A stretch of DNA of 64,000 bases from Haliotis rubra (Eukaryota), in the NCBI RefSeq assembly GCF_003918875.1, contig NW_025767697.1, positions 186,001 to 250,000 of the forward strand. The letters run 5' to 3'. The notes below the pieces were generated by a model. That model worked only from the letters and a program-made list of their open reading frames with translations. It was not told where the DNA came from and searched no databases. Position numbers and translations under genes: made by a program. Shown piece by piece: positions 38,871 to 52,410 of the stretch (within the stretch, counting starts at the first letter, position 1; each line of letters begins with the position of its first letter).

Positions 38871-40380
38871 TTGAGTGCGTGAGTGAGAGCGGTTTCACGC
38901 CACTTTTAGCAATATGCCAGCAGTATCCCAGCGGGGGACACCAGAAATGGTCTTCAAGTATTGTATCCATGTGGGGAACATTTTGATGTCTGCTTGGGAG
39001 ACTGCCTAGTTTAAAACAGTTCCAAAGGAATGAAAATGCCAACATTACGAATCACCAGATTTGTGTAGACACTATTACTTTGCCACTGCTAAGTTTAACT
39101 GCCTAGATTATACTTCCATAGAACATTCATTGTAAACAAATTGTCTGGTCCAGACTGGATTATTTACAGACCGCCGCCATATAGCTGGAATAATGCTGGG
39201 TGCGGCATAAAGCTAAACTTACTCACTCACTCATTGTATACAAAACAGCTGGGAAATGCTGATACTGACTGGCTCATATTGAGTAATAACATCACTGTTT
39301 ACCTCGTCGTGATATTTACAGGAAAATCAGGGTACAAAGTAAGGACAAAGCACTATTCGGGTTATCATACCAGGAAAGTTTATTTCCATTTCAATGTAAA
39401 GAAAAGAAACTGTATGTATTATTATTGTCCACGACTGGTGGATTATTGGCTGCACGTGCACTATATCTGAATAGCGGCACCTGATATGCATGTAGCAGCC
39501 TTCATGTTGTCAATAGGTACAGAGTTACGAATCGGAACACTATTGGCGCAACTGTGTGAATTATGTAGTTTCCCTGATAAGTATGAACATATTATGTCAT
39601 TCCTGGAAAACCCTTTGTCTAAGTGTTGTACATGTTATTTTTGTTTAGACCCCGACACAAAGAATCCAGATGGCCTTACTACCAGCTTCACCATGGCTAC
39701 GAACCCTGCCACCAAGGCTATGTAGTTTGGATCTTGTTTCGAAGTTCAAAACTCTGTGTATGACCAGCTACGTTTCAGCATAAAATTCTTCTTGAATCAC
39801 AAATAACCAAACTTTCAAACAAATTAACCACATGACGTGATCTGTGTATTTATTACTCCCACAGAATTTCTGCATTAAGATAGAACATTTCGTCATCGTC
39901 AACAGCGACAAGCCGCATGTTTCATGTCAAAGTAACAGGACTTGTCCACATGATACTTGTTTTAATAAGACATATTTAAAATTAGCGCTCTGAGCGACTA
40001 TCTGTTCTTTAAACGGTTTCTTTAGTTGAATTAGTAACTAAACGTATGGATGGTGAAAAAAGGATGAGTCATGAGTAGTGAAGCGGATAAACTAAATGCA
40101 TTCGCATTTATCAAGCATGTGACTGATCAGGTGATAAATGAAACTTTAATAAAGGAAGGTAAGGACTAATTAGGATCTGAATACTGTCAAGCATAATGTG
40201 TAATATGAAACATATTTTCACCGTTTACAGCAATAGTGCACAAAGAAACGTTTAGAATATAGACTTTATAAGCACATATTCGCTAACGCCTTTTATAAAG
40301 AACGTTGATTGATTTCAACGTGACTATACAGGTATATAATGATTTATGTTACTATATCTACGACTGAGTAGCACTAACGT

Positions 40381-40588
40381 CTAGGTGTTAACATATGGAT
40401 CATCTCCACTGACAGAGTTAGCATAGAAAGGCCCTTCACTGCTGGTTATGTGGACGTAGTTATGTTCGTCACCAGAGTCGCTTGTATTGCGTTGTATTCC
40501 ATAGTAAACATTTGTTTCACCATGTCCAACGGGCGTTCCTGTTTTCGGTGAAGTGTTATTTTTCTTCCTGAATGGCTTCACCAGCATG
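40381..40588 (-). CDS. Gene D cytoplasmic exon
   Basis: Encodes MLVKPFRKKNN...NVYYGIQRNTSDSGDEHNYVHITSSEGPFYANSVSGDDPYVNT*. Confidence 0.75.
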
Positions 40589-43500
40589 CTGCAGTGACAA
40601 CATTTGACAATATACACAATTGATAATATTATGTTCAACAGCAGAAAGTAAAGCAAAATACCATAGTGGTGTCCTAACTGCCGATTGGGCGACAGTAAAC
40701 CGTATTAACAGTTACCTATTGATATGACCGTGCACATTGTCAGGAGAGATGTAAGCTCAAGCTACATTCGCTTGGTCCGTTGGGGGATGCTACGTCAAGG
40801 AGTGAGGGTCGGACGACCTAGACTTCTAACTAACAATATTGCATTCATGTTCTGGCTCACATTCATAGAATAATTATATCAACACCAGGGATATAATAAT
40901 TAAAGATTTACCCAGTCCCTCTCTTCATTACAAGGCGACTCGGATTGGACAGGATAGGGCAAGCTCTTTACCAAACGTGGAACTACAACGATCGCGAAGC
41001 GAACGTTCTGCTGACTTTCGAACCTGCACCACTTTTTTAGTGCTTACGATATCTTTTCAAGGTGTTCCAGCCTGCCACGCCTAGGCACATGTCACATGTT
41101 TCTGATTCGTTTAAAGTTAACTCATTCCATGGTCTCATGTTGTACTTCGTGATCGGAGAATTACTGTAAACTACCCGTCGGTGATTCCCCGTTAACTAAT
41201 AATTATGTTTTATATACCTTGATTAATTACCCAGCAGTGATAGCATCGATTCTATCACGAAATAACGGCAATTCTCAATAATGGGTTGTCATACTTTTCT
41301 TGTTTAAAAGATACGTTTATCCTTATAACAGTGGCACTGTGTTTGATATGTGTATTTAAGACAATATGAAGTACTTACAAATATATGACGAGGACTACAT
41401 TGATGAGAACCAGACTACCACACACCACAGATACGGCTATCACAATATCCCAGATGTTGCCTGAAACAATAGGTTCAAAAAATAAGTGCAGTCTCGAGGA
41501 CGTCAGCTTCCGCATGTTTCAGTTCTTTGCTCCTGTTTAAAATTAACGATTTGGGAGAATCTTGGATTCGTGGCCAGTGGATGTTGGCTTCGATTATCCC
41601 TGCAAAGAATATTAGTGCTATAGCCCACTCAAGTACTCTATTGCTTTCTTTCTCTGACATTGTAATACTGTGGTGGGGTTTCATCCTGTGTACCCCAAAC
41701 AGTATGTATGTTAGCACAAAACGATTCTTGTTGAGAATGTTTTGGACTTATACTTCCATACAAAATATTATATTTTCCAAATAGTTAATCAACGTCATTG
41801 TTTTTCCGATTTATTAGTAGGGTTGGGTATTGCAGAGAATTTTCATGTTGCGATATATTGCGATGCGAAAGCATATATATTGCGATATGTATTGCAATAT
41901 ATTGCAAGAAATGTTTTGAAACACAAAACTACAAATGAACAAGTTAAAACACAACAAAATCACTATGCTTGATTTGGAAAAGAACAATATAACATCAACA
42001 CAGTGGTTACTAGTTTGAACTGGTTTCTCCACTCTCAAAAAACCCCTGAGATTTAAAACATTCACATCCAAAACATTGCGAAACATTTGAAAAAACATTA
42101 AGAACACAACTTCAAACCGAACTTAACTATACTTCCAGTGTGAAAAAACGGATATATTCGAAAATTTCCGAGTGTTACGATGTTTTCCGAATGCAGGTCG
42201 AAATACCGGTTTTCGAGCAGCGTATCGCAATACGTATCGATTTCATGTCTGAATCAGTAAATATCGGTAATCCGGTTATATTGAGCAGCACTATTTATTA
42301 GTATAAAGAGATCAAGAAGTACTTCAGCTGGGTTGCAAAGTGTACTACTGGGTGCTTGATTGTGTTAACGCCTATAAGACAAAGACTGAATGTATTACAA
42401 ACCATCTATTATTATATGGATACGGTGGAGCCAATTATGTCTACAACAGTGATTCAGCTGTGGTGGTTTGTACTAAAACCTTTTTGATCAGATGCAGTTC
42501 TCACTATATCGACATGAAACTACTAAACTGCCACACAACGTTTGTGTGTAATTTCAAGCAATAGACGAATATAGTGTGTACATACTGAGAAGAAATGCGT
42601 GTAATTGCGTATACTCACTTGTGTCTGTTGTTGAAAATGTTGTTGATACCATCGTTGATTTTGAAGTCCACTGTGTTGTTATATTCCCTGTCGAACGAGT
42701 AGGTTGTCCACTCGTAGATGTAACGGTCGTAAAGGATGCTGCAATTTGAGAATGTTTTATCAGATGCAGTTCCAAGGAAGATTTAAAGTACCTTAAATAA
42801 TGCATTGATGATGCTCCGCAGTGAAAACATGATCAAATAGCGGTCGACCACACAAGTTAATGAACCATGCCCTACAGTGATGTTCACACTTACACAGGCA
42901 AAAACACTAAAAATACATGTATGGGGGTAAGTATCTTTGTAAGCAGCTGAAAACGTTTGAGGCATGAAGAGGTCCATACAACGCCACTATACACTCACCA
43001 ATAGATGTAGAATGTGCCGCTGTTTCAGTTCTTGGTGTATCCGAAGTACTTGGACTGGATGTACACTGTGAACGTGGTGGCTGCTGTGTTGATGTAGATG
43101 TGGATGATGAATCCAGTATTTCTCCGCTGATCGTTACGTTCATTTGACCTGAATCTTTGAACAAGATATTGTTACAGCATTCACTAGGTTCTAGTTCTAT
43201 GTTTATCGTTAAGAGATACGATTTCTGCATGTGGTGGGAAATTAACAAAAAATAGAGCCATGAAGGGCCATGTGTAATTCAGTTAAGGGGGAATAGGGCG
43301 CAAAATGCATTACTGTGAATACTGTATGCTAAATATGATTTTGGCATCAGTGTATTAATTGCTTGCTACCTGCAACACGTATCCATACATTTGATCCATC
43401 CTGATCATGGTTATCGTAGACTATAACTATTTCGGCAGCTAGATCCGGTAATACCCTGTTGTGCTGGTTCACGTTCACGTTTGTCCAGAGTTGTCTCCCG

Positions 43501-46500
43501 TCACCTAAGACGTTTAGCATCCCTGACCTCATCCGCTGTTCCATCAATGCTACTTCTATATTCTGCCCTGTGATCCTAGCAACACAGCTTCTGTTCACAC
43601 CGACACTGTCAGGGAAGCCGGGAGAATGGAGGTACACCGACCCGCTTACCGTTGTTGTGACTGGACTACACATGTTCATACTTCCTGAAATACAGGTACA
43701 TGGGACAAGTGTAATAATAGTTGTGTTTACTGTTTACTGTTGTTCCTTCCGATACCAAATCTATTTATCATCAAAACTAATTCCATTAGGTGTAAAATGC
43801 AAAATGCCAGTAGCAACAGCTACTCAAACAATTTTGATAAAACAAGTACGTGTTACCTTTTTCTGGACACCCCACATCAGTACTCCTCAGATGCCACGAC
43901 GTCTGCATACACACGGGATAGTGAACTGATGGACGACATTTTATCCACATATATAGCATTGCATTCAAAGACTTTGTTCAAAGTGTACAAAGTGTAGAAC
44001 TATCTAAGTAAAAAACAAAGACGTTAAACATATATGGGGCGTGGTGGGCGAGCTGTGTAAGGCGCCAGGCCAGTAATCGAGCGAGCTTGAGGGTGACGGG
44101 ATCGAGGCCCTCCTGTGACCGGGTGTAAAACCCTGGAGTCATTTTGTGTGCAGACTCTTTCAGTGTTGTCACAGCCCCTAGTGTACAGTACACAACCCTG
44201 TGCTCGTAAAGAACCCACGAGATCCGTTGGTAGATGACCAGTTGGTCCCCCATGAATACGTGCAAACCCACCTAGTTGCGGGTACAGCAAGGTGCAGTAA
44301 ACTTGGACAAAATACTGTGACTATGTGTGTCCCAGTCCACCCAGCTGTGAATGGGTACCTCGTAAGGATGGGAAAGCCATATTAACTCGGTGCGCCTAGT
44401 GGCTGCAAGAGCTGTATGATCCCCAGGGAGCTGAGATTGATAATACGACGTGCCGTTGAGATTGAATGCCAGTGATCGAGGGAGAAAAACAAAGCGCTTT
44501 TGAGCAGCTGAGCTGGATATCGGCGCTGTACATATGTTAGTATAATAGCAAATATATATATATATCGTTTATTCTTTTGTAAACTGATAACTGCCACATT
44601 GAGCTTATGGTGAAACTTCGTTCAACCAACGTAAAATTCGACCTAATACGATTGCTTTGATTATTCGAGGACATTGTCTCTGAAACCACCTAGCTCACGT
44701 TGCGCCAGTTAGCAAACCGATATGCAGCAACTCATTTGAGCCAAACTCATTTGACTTAACATTAGAATAATGAGTATTTTGAAGTGAATATAGAGTTGTG
44801 CCATTCTTGTTGATACATATCAGTGAGTATTCTCTTCATTTGAACAATAAAACAGATTCATTGCCCACAATCATGAGATATGCATACATGAGAAAATCCA
44901 GATTTAAATAACCACCATCTTACATCTGATTCCCAAGTATGTTTGCCATTCGTGTTTAGATCTTGTAAAAAAGAGATAATAACTATCCCTTTATACCGAT
45001 GTGAACAAGACCGGCAATATTGCGGTTCCTTTTCCATATTGGCTTTTAGATGGGTACCAGGTTGTATTTACTGTACATGTATGTGTTCAGGAATGAGTTA
45101 TCTGTTAATCTTTGCCCAAACGAATGTTTGACCAAAAGCATTTAATGAAATAAATTGACCTTTATGCCGATGTAAACAAAACCGACGACATGGCGGTTCC
45201 TATTCCCTGACTTTTAGCGGGGTAAATATGTGTATGTACTTCCAGTAGTGTGCAGATGCATGAGGCGCAATGCTACCATCAACGGGGAAGGGGAAAAGTG
45301 TCACAACCTGTAAGATTTAAGATTTGTCATAGTCGGCGACCATTCTGGGATGGACTTTGAATTTTGGCAGTCTTGGATTTTTCGGAAAATAGGCCCGTCT
45401 TGGCATACAACAAAAATATGTTTTATTGCGATGTCTCAGCATGTAAAGGTTTTTCATTTCCAGCGTGGGTAAGCATAAGTGTTAGAATTGGAAATCTTTG
45501 ATTTTTGGTGGCCATCTTGGACGCCATCTTGGTCGGAAAATGGGCCCATAACATCGGGCACCACCACAAAAATATGTTTTATCATGATATTTCCCAGCAC
45601 TTTGCAAAGTTTCATGCTTTAGTCCTACAGGTATATATATTTTCACCCTTGCCACCTGCACTAAACCACTTAATGTGACAATCGCAAACCTTGATCGAAA
45701 ACGCAATGTACCATGATTCGTAATATGTAACATAATGCATAAAAATGACAACTGGGTTTAAATATTGACGCCTACATGTAGGCATAAATGAATCACTGAC
45801 TGGCATTATTTAAAGCGTTCCTTGTTGATAATGTCAGTTTGAGATAGTACTAAGTATGCGTAAGATCACGAGGACCTGATGTTTAATCGCTGAAATGGTT
45901 AGTTCGACCTCGAGTCTCTCAGTCATGCGAGATCCAGGTTAAATATATTCTTTGAGTCTTGCACACGTGCACCTTGTTCTTTGGCGCCTCGACTTATGAA
46001 ATGCATGTGCATGTTCCAAGGCAAGTATGTATTCCATCTAGGACCAGCTCGAGCATATTGTGTACCGTCATAATCGCACCTTTTTGCTTTTTATGAGATA
46101 ACAGCGCCCTCAGCGAGTGGATGTTTTCTAAATGTTCGTGTCTTTGAACGAAAAGCTGACAGCTCAAACATATGCAGAAAATAACATGAAACGTAAAAAA
46201 ATAAAACAAAGGTATCACCGTGTATAAATAGATAAATTATCTGTAAATAAATATTTACTGGTTACTTTTTATAAAGATATTTTCATGTCGCCGTGACCGA
46301 AGATAACATTCATAAGCCCGCTGGCGACACACATTTTTCATTGAAAAAGTGTATGAGCAATGTAGTTCGAAGGGGGTAAAGATATTCCTCCATTACTACG
46401 TTGTGTTTTGCTGACAGTCCAGTCAGTTAATGCCCGTTCAACGACAGAACTCAGCTTTGATACAGTAGTACTTTACTTCAGCACTGAGCAGCATCAGTGA

Positions 46501-48710
46501 TGTTCCAGTTGTTATCGGGCTGTGCATCAGCATGTACTTATTAATCATTTATGAAGTTCGGGTAAATATTTACAATGATATGTGTTTGTATTATTGAATC
46601 TGTAACTGACATTTAAAAAAAATCGATGTTTATGCATCTACTAAACTTTGTCTCATAATATGGGAATACTAAACTGATGACTTACCTTTTATACAGTTAT
46701 TGTCTACTTCCAGCAGTAGCATTGGTCACATTGCAGTGGTCAATACTAGTAGGCTGTACACTTATGGCTTCCAAGACATGACTGTATTTCAAAACATTTG
46801 ATGATCTTGCTTGTTTGCAAGTGCCTTTGTTTCCAACTTGATGAATAATAATTCTATTCTAACCCGGATCTTCACGGATCCGATGAGCTTTTAACACGGA
46901 TCATTATGTATATGATGAAGACAGTACGACATTACTTGAGCGATGTTGTTTTGTAATGTCACGAAGCACAACAAGAGAATGGTCAGTTATTTAAACAAGA
47001 TTCCGAAGCATGGTACTATATACAGGTATCACCTGTCAGCCCGTCAGTGTGTATTAATGAACTTCGTAACAAAAACATTCAAAATAGGCATGTCGTAATC
47101 TCTGACAAGCGAATTGCGAATAATTTACAATTATGAATTTCAGTCTGTAAGCCATAAAACAATGGCTCCATCGGATTTGATCAATGTTTCAATCAGTCGA
47201 ACAATTGTTAACATACGGCTGACAGAGACAGATAGTACGTTTCTAGATTATATAACATCTACAATTGACGCATTCACTTATATCTGTTTCAGAGTTTGAC
47301 AGCCAATAATATCTCAAGCCTGACAGCGCGCCCGTAAAATATTTCTTAAATGGGGAAATTGTTAGTAAATAAATATTTCTGGTTACTTTCATAAAGTTTT
47401 GCTCATGTCGCCGAAGATAACATTCGTAAGCCCACTGGCGACACACGTTTTTCGCTAAGAGATTGCACTTGATGGGGGAAGACATACCGTCATTCCTACG
47501 TCGTGTCTTACTGACAGTCAGGTAATGCCCCGTCAACGACCAAAGTTACCCTTGATATAGTAGTTCTTTACTTCAGCACTGAGCAGCATCGGTAATACTG
47601 CTGTTGATATCTGGTTGTGCATTCAACATCTACACATTCGTTTATGACGTTTATGGTAAATATTTACAATAATATGTCTATAATGGACTCGGTGGCTGAT
47701 ATTAGAGAAATCAATGTTTATGTAGGTCTTCTACAGGTTTGTCCAATGAGCCCCTTTGATACAGGTATACCATATTGAAGTCTCACCTTTGATACAGTTG
47801 TACTTTACTTCAGCAATGAGTAGCATCGGTAATACTGCTGTTGATATCTGGTTGTGCATTCAACATCTACACATTCGTTTGTGACGTTTGTGGTAAATAT
47901 TTACAATAATATGTCTATAATGGACTCGGTGGCTGATATTAGATAAATCAATGTTTATGTAGATCTTCTACAGGTTTTTGTCCAATGAGCCCCTTTGATA
48001 CAGGTATACCATATTGAAGTCTCACCTTTGATACAGTTGTACTTTACTTCAGCAGCAGCATCGGTAATATTGCAGTTGTTGATGGTCTGTACATACATGG
48101 CTTCACGACATGACTGTTTCCCATTACAGTTGACAACCAGGCCATGTTGGCTGCTGCCTAGGACTTTACTACACGACTCAGCAGATGCCAGACGACATGT
48201 CACTGCATCTCCATCCCCATACGCCTCGTACTCGACATGTATCCATTCATCGACTGAAGCTGTACTGTAAAGACGTTCGACAAACCCTCTATACATCTGT
48301 TTCTCGTTCTGGTGTCACCTTTGAATATGAAATGAATCGTTCAGTCAAACACACTTGGCATGATATAACCTAAGATATTACTCTTAGATTTTATACAATC
48401 GCAGGTGAAACCCTATTACGTTTGATGAGATAAAGAAATAATCTCTGGAAATGACTCGCGCATTAACATTATGCAAACGTAATTCTACATTACTGAGGTA
48501 AGACATTACTTCTAACGTGAATCAGATACAGTTGAAAAAGTAAATCCCTAATTTTGTCAGAAAATATATAACGTTCGACATGGTGACTTAATACATACAC
48601 TATTTCAGAATGTTATATCGTGTGTATCTTGTGTACTCACCATATGCAGACATGATGTAATACCCATAAGCTGTGAACACTGTCCCAACAAATATTCGTC
48701 TGATATTCAT
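40381..48710 (-). CDS. Gene D: SP-[frameshifted SUEL]-CUB-mucin-TM-short YxxI/YxN tail; about 314 aa if the SUEL exon is skipped, otherwise a pseudogene
   Basis: Exons 48641-48710, 43370-43684, 42999-43148, 42619-42738, 41379-41460 and 40381-40588 are open, phase-compatible and sum to 945 nt. SUEL exon 48026-48318 has a 7-nt deletion. Confidence 0.6.
40670..41330. mobile_element. Probable solo LTR in the last intron of gene D
   Basis: TGT...ACA ends and 4-bp TSD gtgg. Absent from the homologous short intron of gene C. Confidence 0.6.
41379..41460 (-). CDS. Gene D transmembrane exon
   Basis: Encodes NIWDIVIAVSVVCGSLVLINVVLVIY; 82 nt. Confidence 0.75.
41818..42293. mobile_element. hAT-type MITE
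   Basis: 8-bp TSD tttattag, tagggttg/cagcacta ends and repeated atatcg/cgatat motifs. Confidence 0.6.
43370..43684 (-). CDS. Gene D CUB-like exon (open)
   Basis: 315 nt; contains YLHSPGFPDSVG. Confidence 0.75.
44035..44545 (+). mobile_element. tRNA-derived SINE with L2-like tail
   Basis: Same family as 34905-35808; core gtccacccagctgtgaatgggtacc. Confidence 0.75.
46455..48025 (-). repeat. Repeated partial copies of the SUEL exon 3' end, including an about 238-nt tandem repeat
   Basis: ctttgatacag...ctttacttcagca...gcatcggtaat-like copies at about 46455, 46686, 47550 and 47787. A similar remnant lies at about 16855 in gene A. Confidence 0.8.
48026..48318 (-). pseudogene. Gene D SUEL exon with 7-nt deletion
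   Basis: 293 nt. CTT CAG|TCG ATG versus CTT CAG TGC TCT GTC GAT in the gene E paralog. The deletion removes Cys2 and leads to an early TGA. Confidence 0.8.
48641..48710 (-). CDS. Gene D first coding exon (signal-peptide-like)
   Basis: gccATG start; encodes MNIRRIFVGTVFTAYGYYIMSAY; donor G|GTGAGT. Same position and phase as gene A exon 1. Confidence 0.7.
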
Positions 48711-48995
48711 GGCTCTTTTAGCGTCCTCGAAGTCTACACATCCAGTTCCAAATGTTACATTATTCCATACATCTGTTCTTGTTTCAGTAACTTGTTTCTC
48801 TGATCTGAAAGTCACACATTCGTGCAAATACTGCACATAACATTGTCAACTGATATTTCCAGGAGTAACATAAACAAGAGTTTGATGGACAAGGATGTGA
48901 AATTGCCTCCATATGTAATTTCAGAGCAGTCATGGGTACCTGTATATGCAATCCTAGTTGCATACAATGCGTGCGCCCGACGAGGCCGCTAGACA

Positions 48996-49232
48996 GGAAA
49001 GTGAAATATATTCATTGAAAACGTTCCATTGATCGAAGGTTTGTTAACCACTACCACAGGAAAGTCTGAAAGAGGGTGGGCAGTAAAACTGGAGTGTTTT
49101 GGGCGAGTAATGCTTGAGGGGTGGTGAGGTATGCTGGATAGGTGGGGAGTAATGCCATAGGTAGCTGTAAATTCAATACTAGTTGCATGTAATCCATGCA
49201 ACCCAAGGAGGCAATTAGACAGGGAAGTGAAA
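48996..49232. promoter_or_regulatory. Candidate IRF / Ets-IRF elements upstream of gene D
   Basis: GAAAGTGAAA at 48997 and GGAAGTGAAA at 49223, within a local duplication. Confidence 0.3.
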
Positions 49233-50935
49233 ATATATTCGTTAAAAATATCTGCTATATATGCATACGTTCCGTGGATTGCTGTTTGTCATGCGCTAGT
49301 CTGTTACCCAAGGGAGACAATTCCGGTCATACTTTACAAATATGACACCCAGTGTTGTCTCCCCTTGAGCCTGAATAAGTTCCAAACACTCATATGATGT
49401 GGTAACTGTACATGAACTGGTAAGCAGATTTCTCAATGATTTCTTATCAAAGTGTCCATTAATAGGTGTGATTCGCATACAAATGACTGGTTACCCTTTG
49501 GAAAGAAAGTTCATTACATTCAAACAGTCCTGAATCATTTTTTATAAATGCCAATAAGAAAACCTATTGAAGACAAACTGTTTCTGGAATACATGCGTAG
49601 TTAAAGACCGCACTGTGTGAATGCTTAGATGTCACCCAATGAACATGCGTCGCCATTTCTTAACACAATGATTATTACCGAAGATCTGAATTAATTTACA
49701 TAAACATTTAGCGTTGTTGTGTTTTTCCCTAAACGCAAACAAACATTATAGAGCGTATATAACTTTCAAATTGCAGTAAAGGTTCTGTGTTGAAGTTCTT
49801 TCTTTTTCTGCAATGTACTAATGCATCAGGTGCTTGGGAAATGGACTTTGTTCTGATATGAAATTTCCTAAAATAAAAATTCTATATAAGACGCATTCTT
49901 ATTTCTATACAACAAATAAACGTACAGGGGAAAAGCAAATATTTATTTCTCTGCACAATGTACAATATCCCCATACACGTAATCAGTTTTTTTTGTTTGG
50001 TGAGAGTATACAATAACCTAAGTAATGATTAAGAGAAAATAAGTATGTTAATTTTAAGTCAGCGAATATATATTAAAAGTGCGTGCGTAATATTCCTGCA
50101 TTTTCATCATTGGCAGCAAGATTACTCATCATTACTGCGAGAATCAGTTAGTTAGTTATGAAGGTTGTCCGAGAATATTAGCTACTTCCAGCCGAAGCCA
50201 TGGTTGCTCTATAACTGTACGGGTGTTGCGATGTTTCGGCTGCTGGTTCCTCCTCAGCTTCGACTGAAGCCAAATATTATGGCTACTGGTTTGTCTTCCG
50301 GCCTGTATGCTAAGATCAGAAAAGCATTAAAAGATCAGTAAAATGTATGTGTAACAAACTGCTGAAGGCTTGTGACGAAGGGCCAGAATCCACTGATCAT
50401 CAGTCTGCAGAATAGCCCGTTAAGCTAACAATGCTTTTCTTTATTTGTCTGCACAATACAGGTTTTTGCGGTTTCACCCGTTCATGTTGTAAGCATCTAT
50501 GAACAATAACACAATAACTGGACACGTTGTGTCATTACTGAAATACAGAACTGTTAAACCCACTTCATTTGATGCAGGAAAAACAATCATACCTACACTC
50601 ACAGAAGGAGATATCTCTCCTTCAGAATGTCCTGGCATAAACAAGACATAATTATATTAATACCGAGTGAATACAGCCTTATATGGGCATAAAGGATACA
50701 TAAGACAGTTTTTAACAATGACACATGCAATTTCCATACAAGGTTTTCAAGTGATATATTTGTGTACTATATTTGAGTACTATATATATCCTTTGGTATA
50801 GCTATTTATCGATTGCAAATATTCATAAGGTTTATGCCGCAGATAATATGTTTACATGTAATGCCTGACATCTGTGCCTGGGAGGTCATCGACAGAGAAT
50901 CAGGAACATAATCAACTGTTATGAGCGTACAAGGT

Positions 50936-51728
50936 TTACACGAAACTGTGGTAGAGGTCATTAGACATCATGTCAACCTCCTCCTTAGCTGACCCTGCTG
51001 TATTGATATCTTGGGTAGCTGAAACAGACACTTCCTCAAATTCACCATTTTGATCTGCTACTGTAGTGTCATATCCAGAACTCTCATATATATCATTGTC
51101 CACCATCCCTTCAATAGTACTGACGCTGACATCTTCTTCTCCATGAAACAAGTCATCCTCTGGCGCGCTTTCTTCATCCTGGTTGCCGTCATCGGTACTG
51201 ACATCATGGTTCTTTGTAGTAGGAGGTCCCCCACAGTACACATCGTTTTCGATCATGTGACACGTGGATTTTGTAGTGTTTCCACGATCAAACAGAAACA
51301 TGTCCACCGATTCAACTTGATCAGTGTCAGCTTTCAGGTCACCTGTTTCAGGTGATTCAGTGTCCTCGACATGTTTATCTTCATTTGAACCAGTCAGGCT
51401 ATCTGGTGACGGAGTACATCTCGGATGCTTGATCGTAAATGTGTTGTTTTCATTCATGTTTATTCTAGAGCTACGTGGCAATACTACAGAGTATCTGTCC
51501 TGTACTCGGAGGGCCCTGGTTTCTTCTTTGCCTCTTGAGTCTGTATTTAATGACATATCCCCATTTCCAGACATTAATGCTGGATCTATGATGAAATAAT
51601 GTTGGCTGCCATCATGCTTTCGTAAACCATTAGGTGTCCTATTGTGGGGAGAGTGGAGCTCCAGAGGTCTGTCAATGCCACCGTTGTGAGGAGAAGCTGC
51701 AGAACGGTTAGCTTTATCATTTTTACAC
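50936..51728 (-). CDS. Gene F last exon: acidic NxxY tail ending in -SFV
   Basis: Phase-2 acceptor tgCAG|G and an open frame of about 263 aa. Contains MIENDVY, MVDNDIYES and MMSNDLYHSFV*. Its N-terminal part (RPLEL, FIIDP) is homologous to the gene A tail. Confidence 0.7.
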
Positions 51729-52410
51729 CTGCAACACAATAGCACGTAATGAATATTCTGTATTCTAACTATTCCAATGAATGTTCGCGATCATGTCAAT
51801 GTAGATTGAGTAACGAGAGTAATAGATGGGTGGGGAGTAATAATGGAGCGAAGAGGAGTATTGCGGGAAGGGTGATGAATAATGCTGGATGGATGTGAAG
51901 TAATCCGGAATGGGGTGGGGAGTAACTTTTGAGAGGTTGAAAGTAATATTTGAGGGGTGGGGAAACGAGTGTTGTGGATGAAACCTCAACGTCATATTTG
52001 GCTTAATAGTGGTCATGATGTTCTAAACATTTATCATGCCTAGACGTTGGTGAGGGGATGTGTGATTTTTATAGAGTAGCATGTAGAATGTGCAATGGCA
52101 TTTACAAAATTGCTGACATGTACCTGTGTTTAATATTTTGATTACCCCCACCCCCACCACCCCAGAGCAAAATGGGTGACCTCTTAAAGTCATCATCATC
52201 ATCCCTGTCAACCACTGTTGAATAAAGCCTGAATGGTATACAACGGTTGAGTAACAATCATTAATGTCCAATATACTCAATGACCAAAAAGACAAAACAG
52301 TAATGGGAGTTATAAGAATGGATCACTGGTGATTAAAAAGCAAATCCGACTGAAACTGACATGTAAGTTTAAAATGATTCATTTGAGACATTTTTTTAGC
52401 AAATCTCTGC

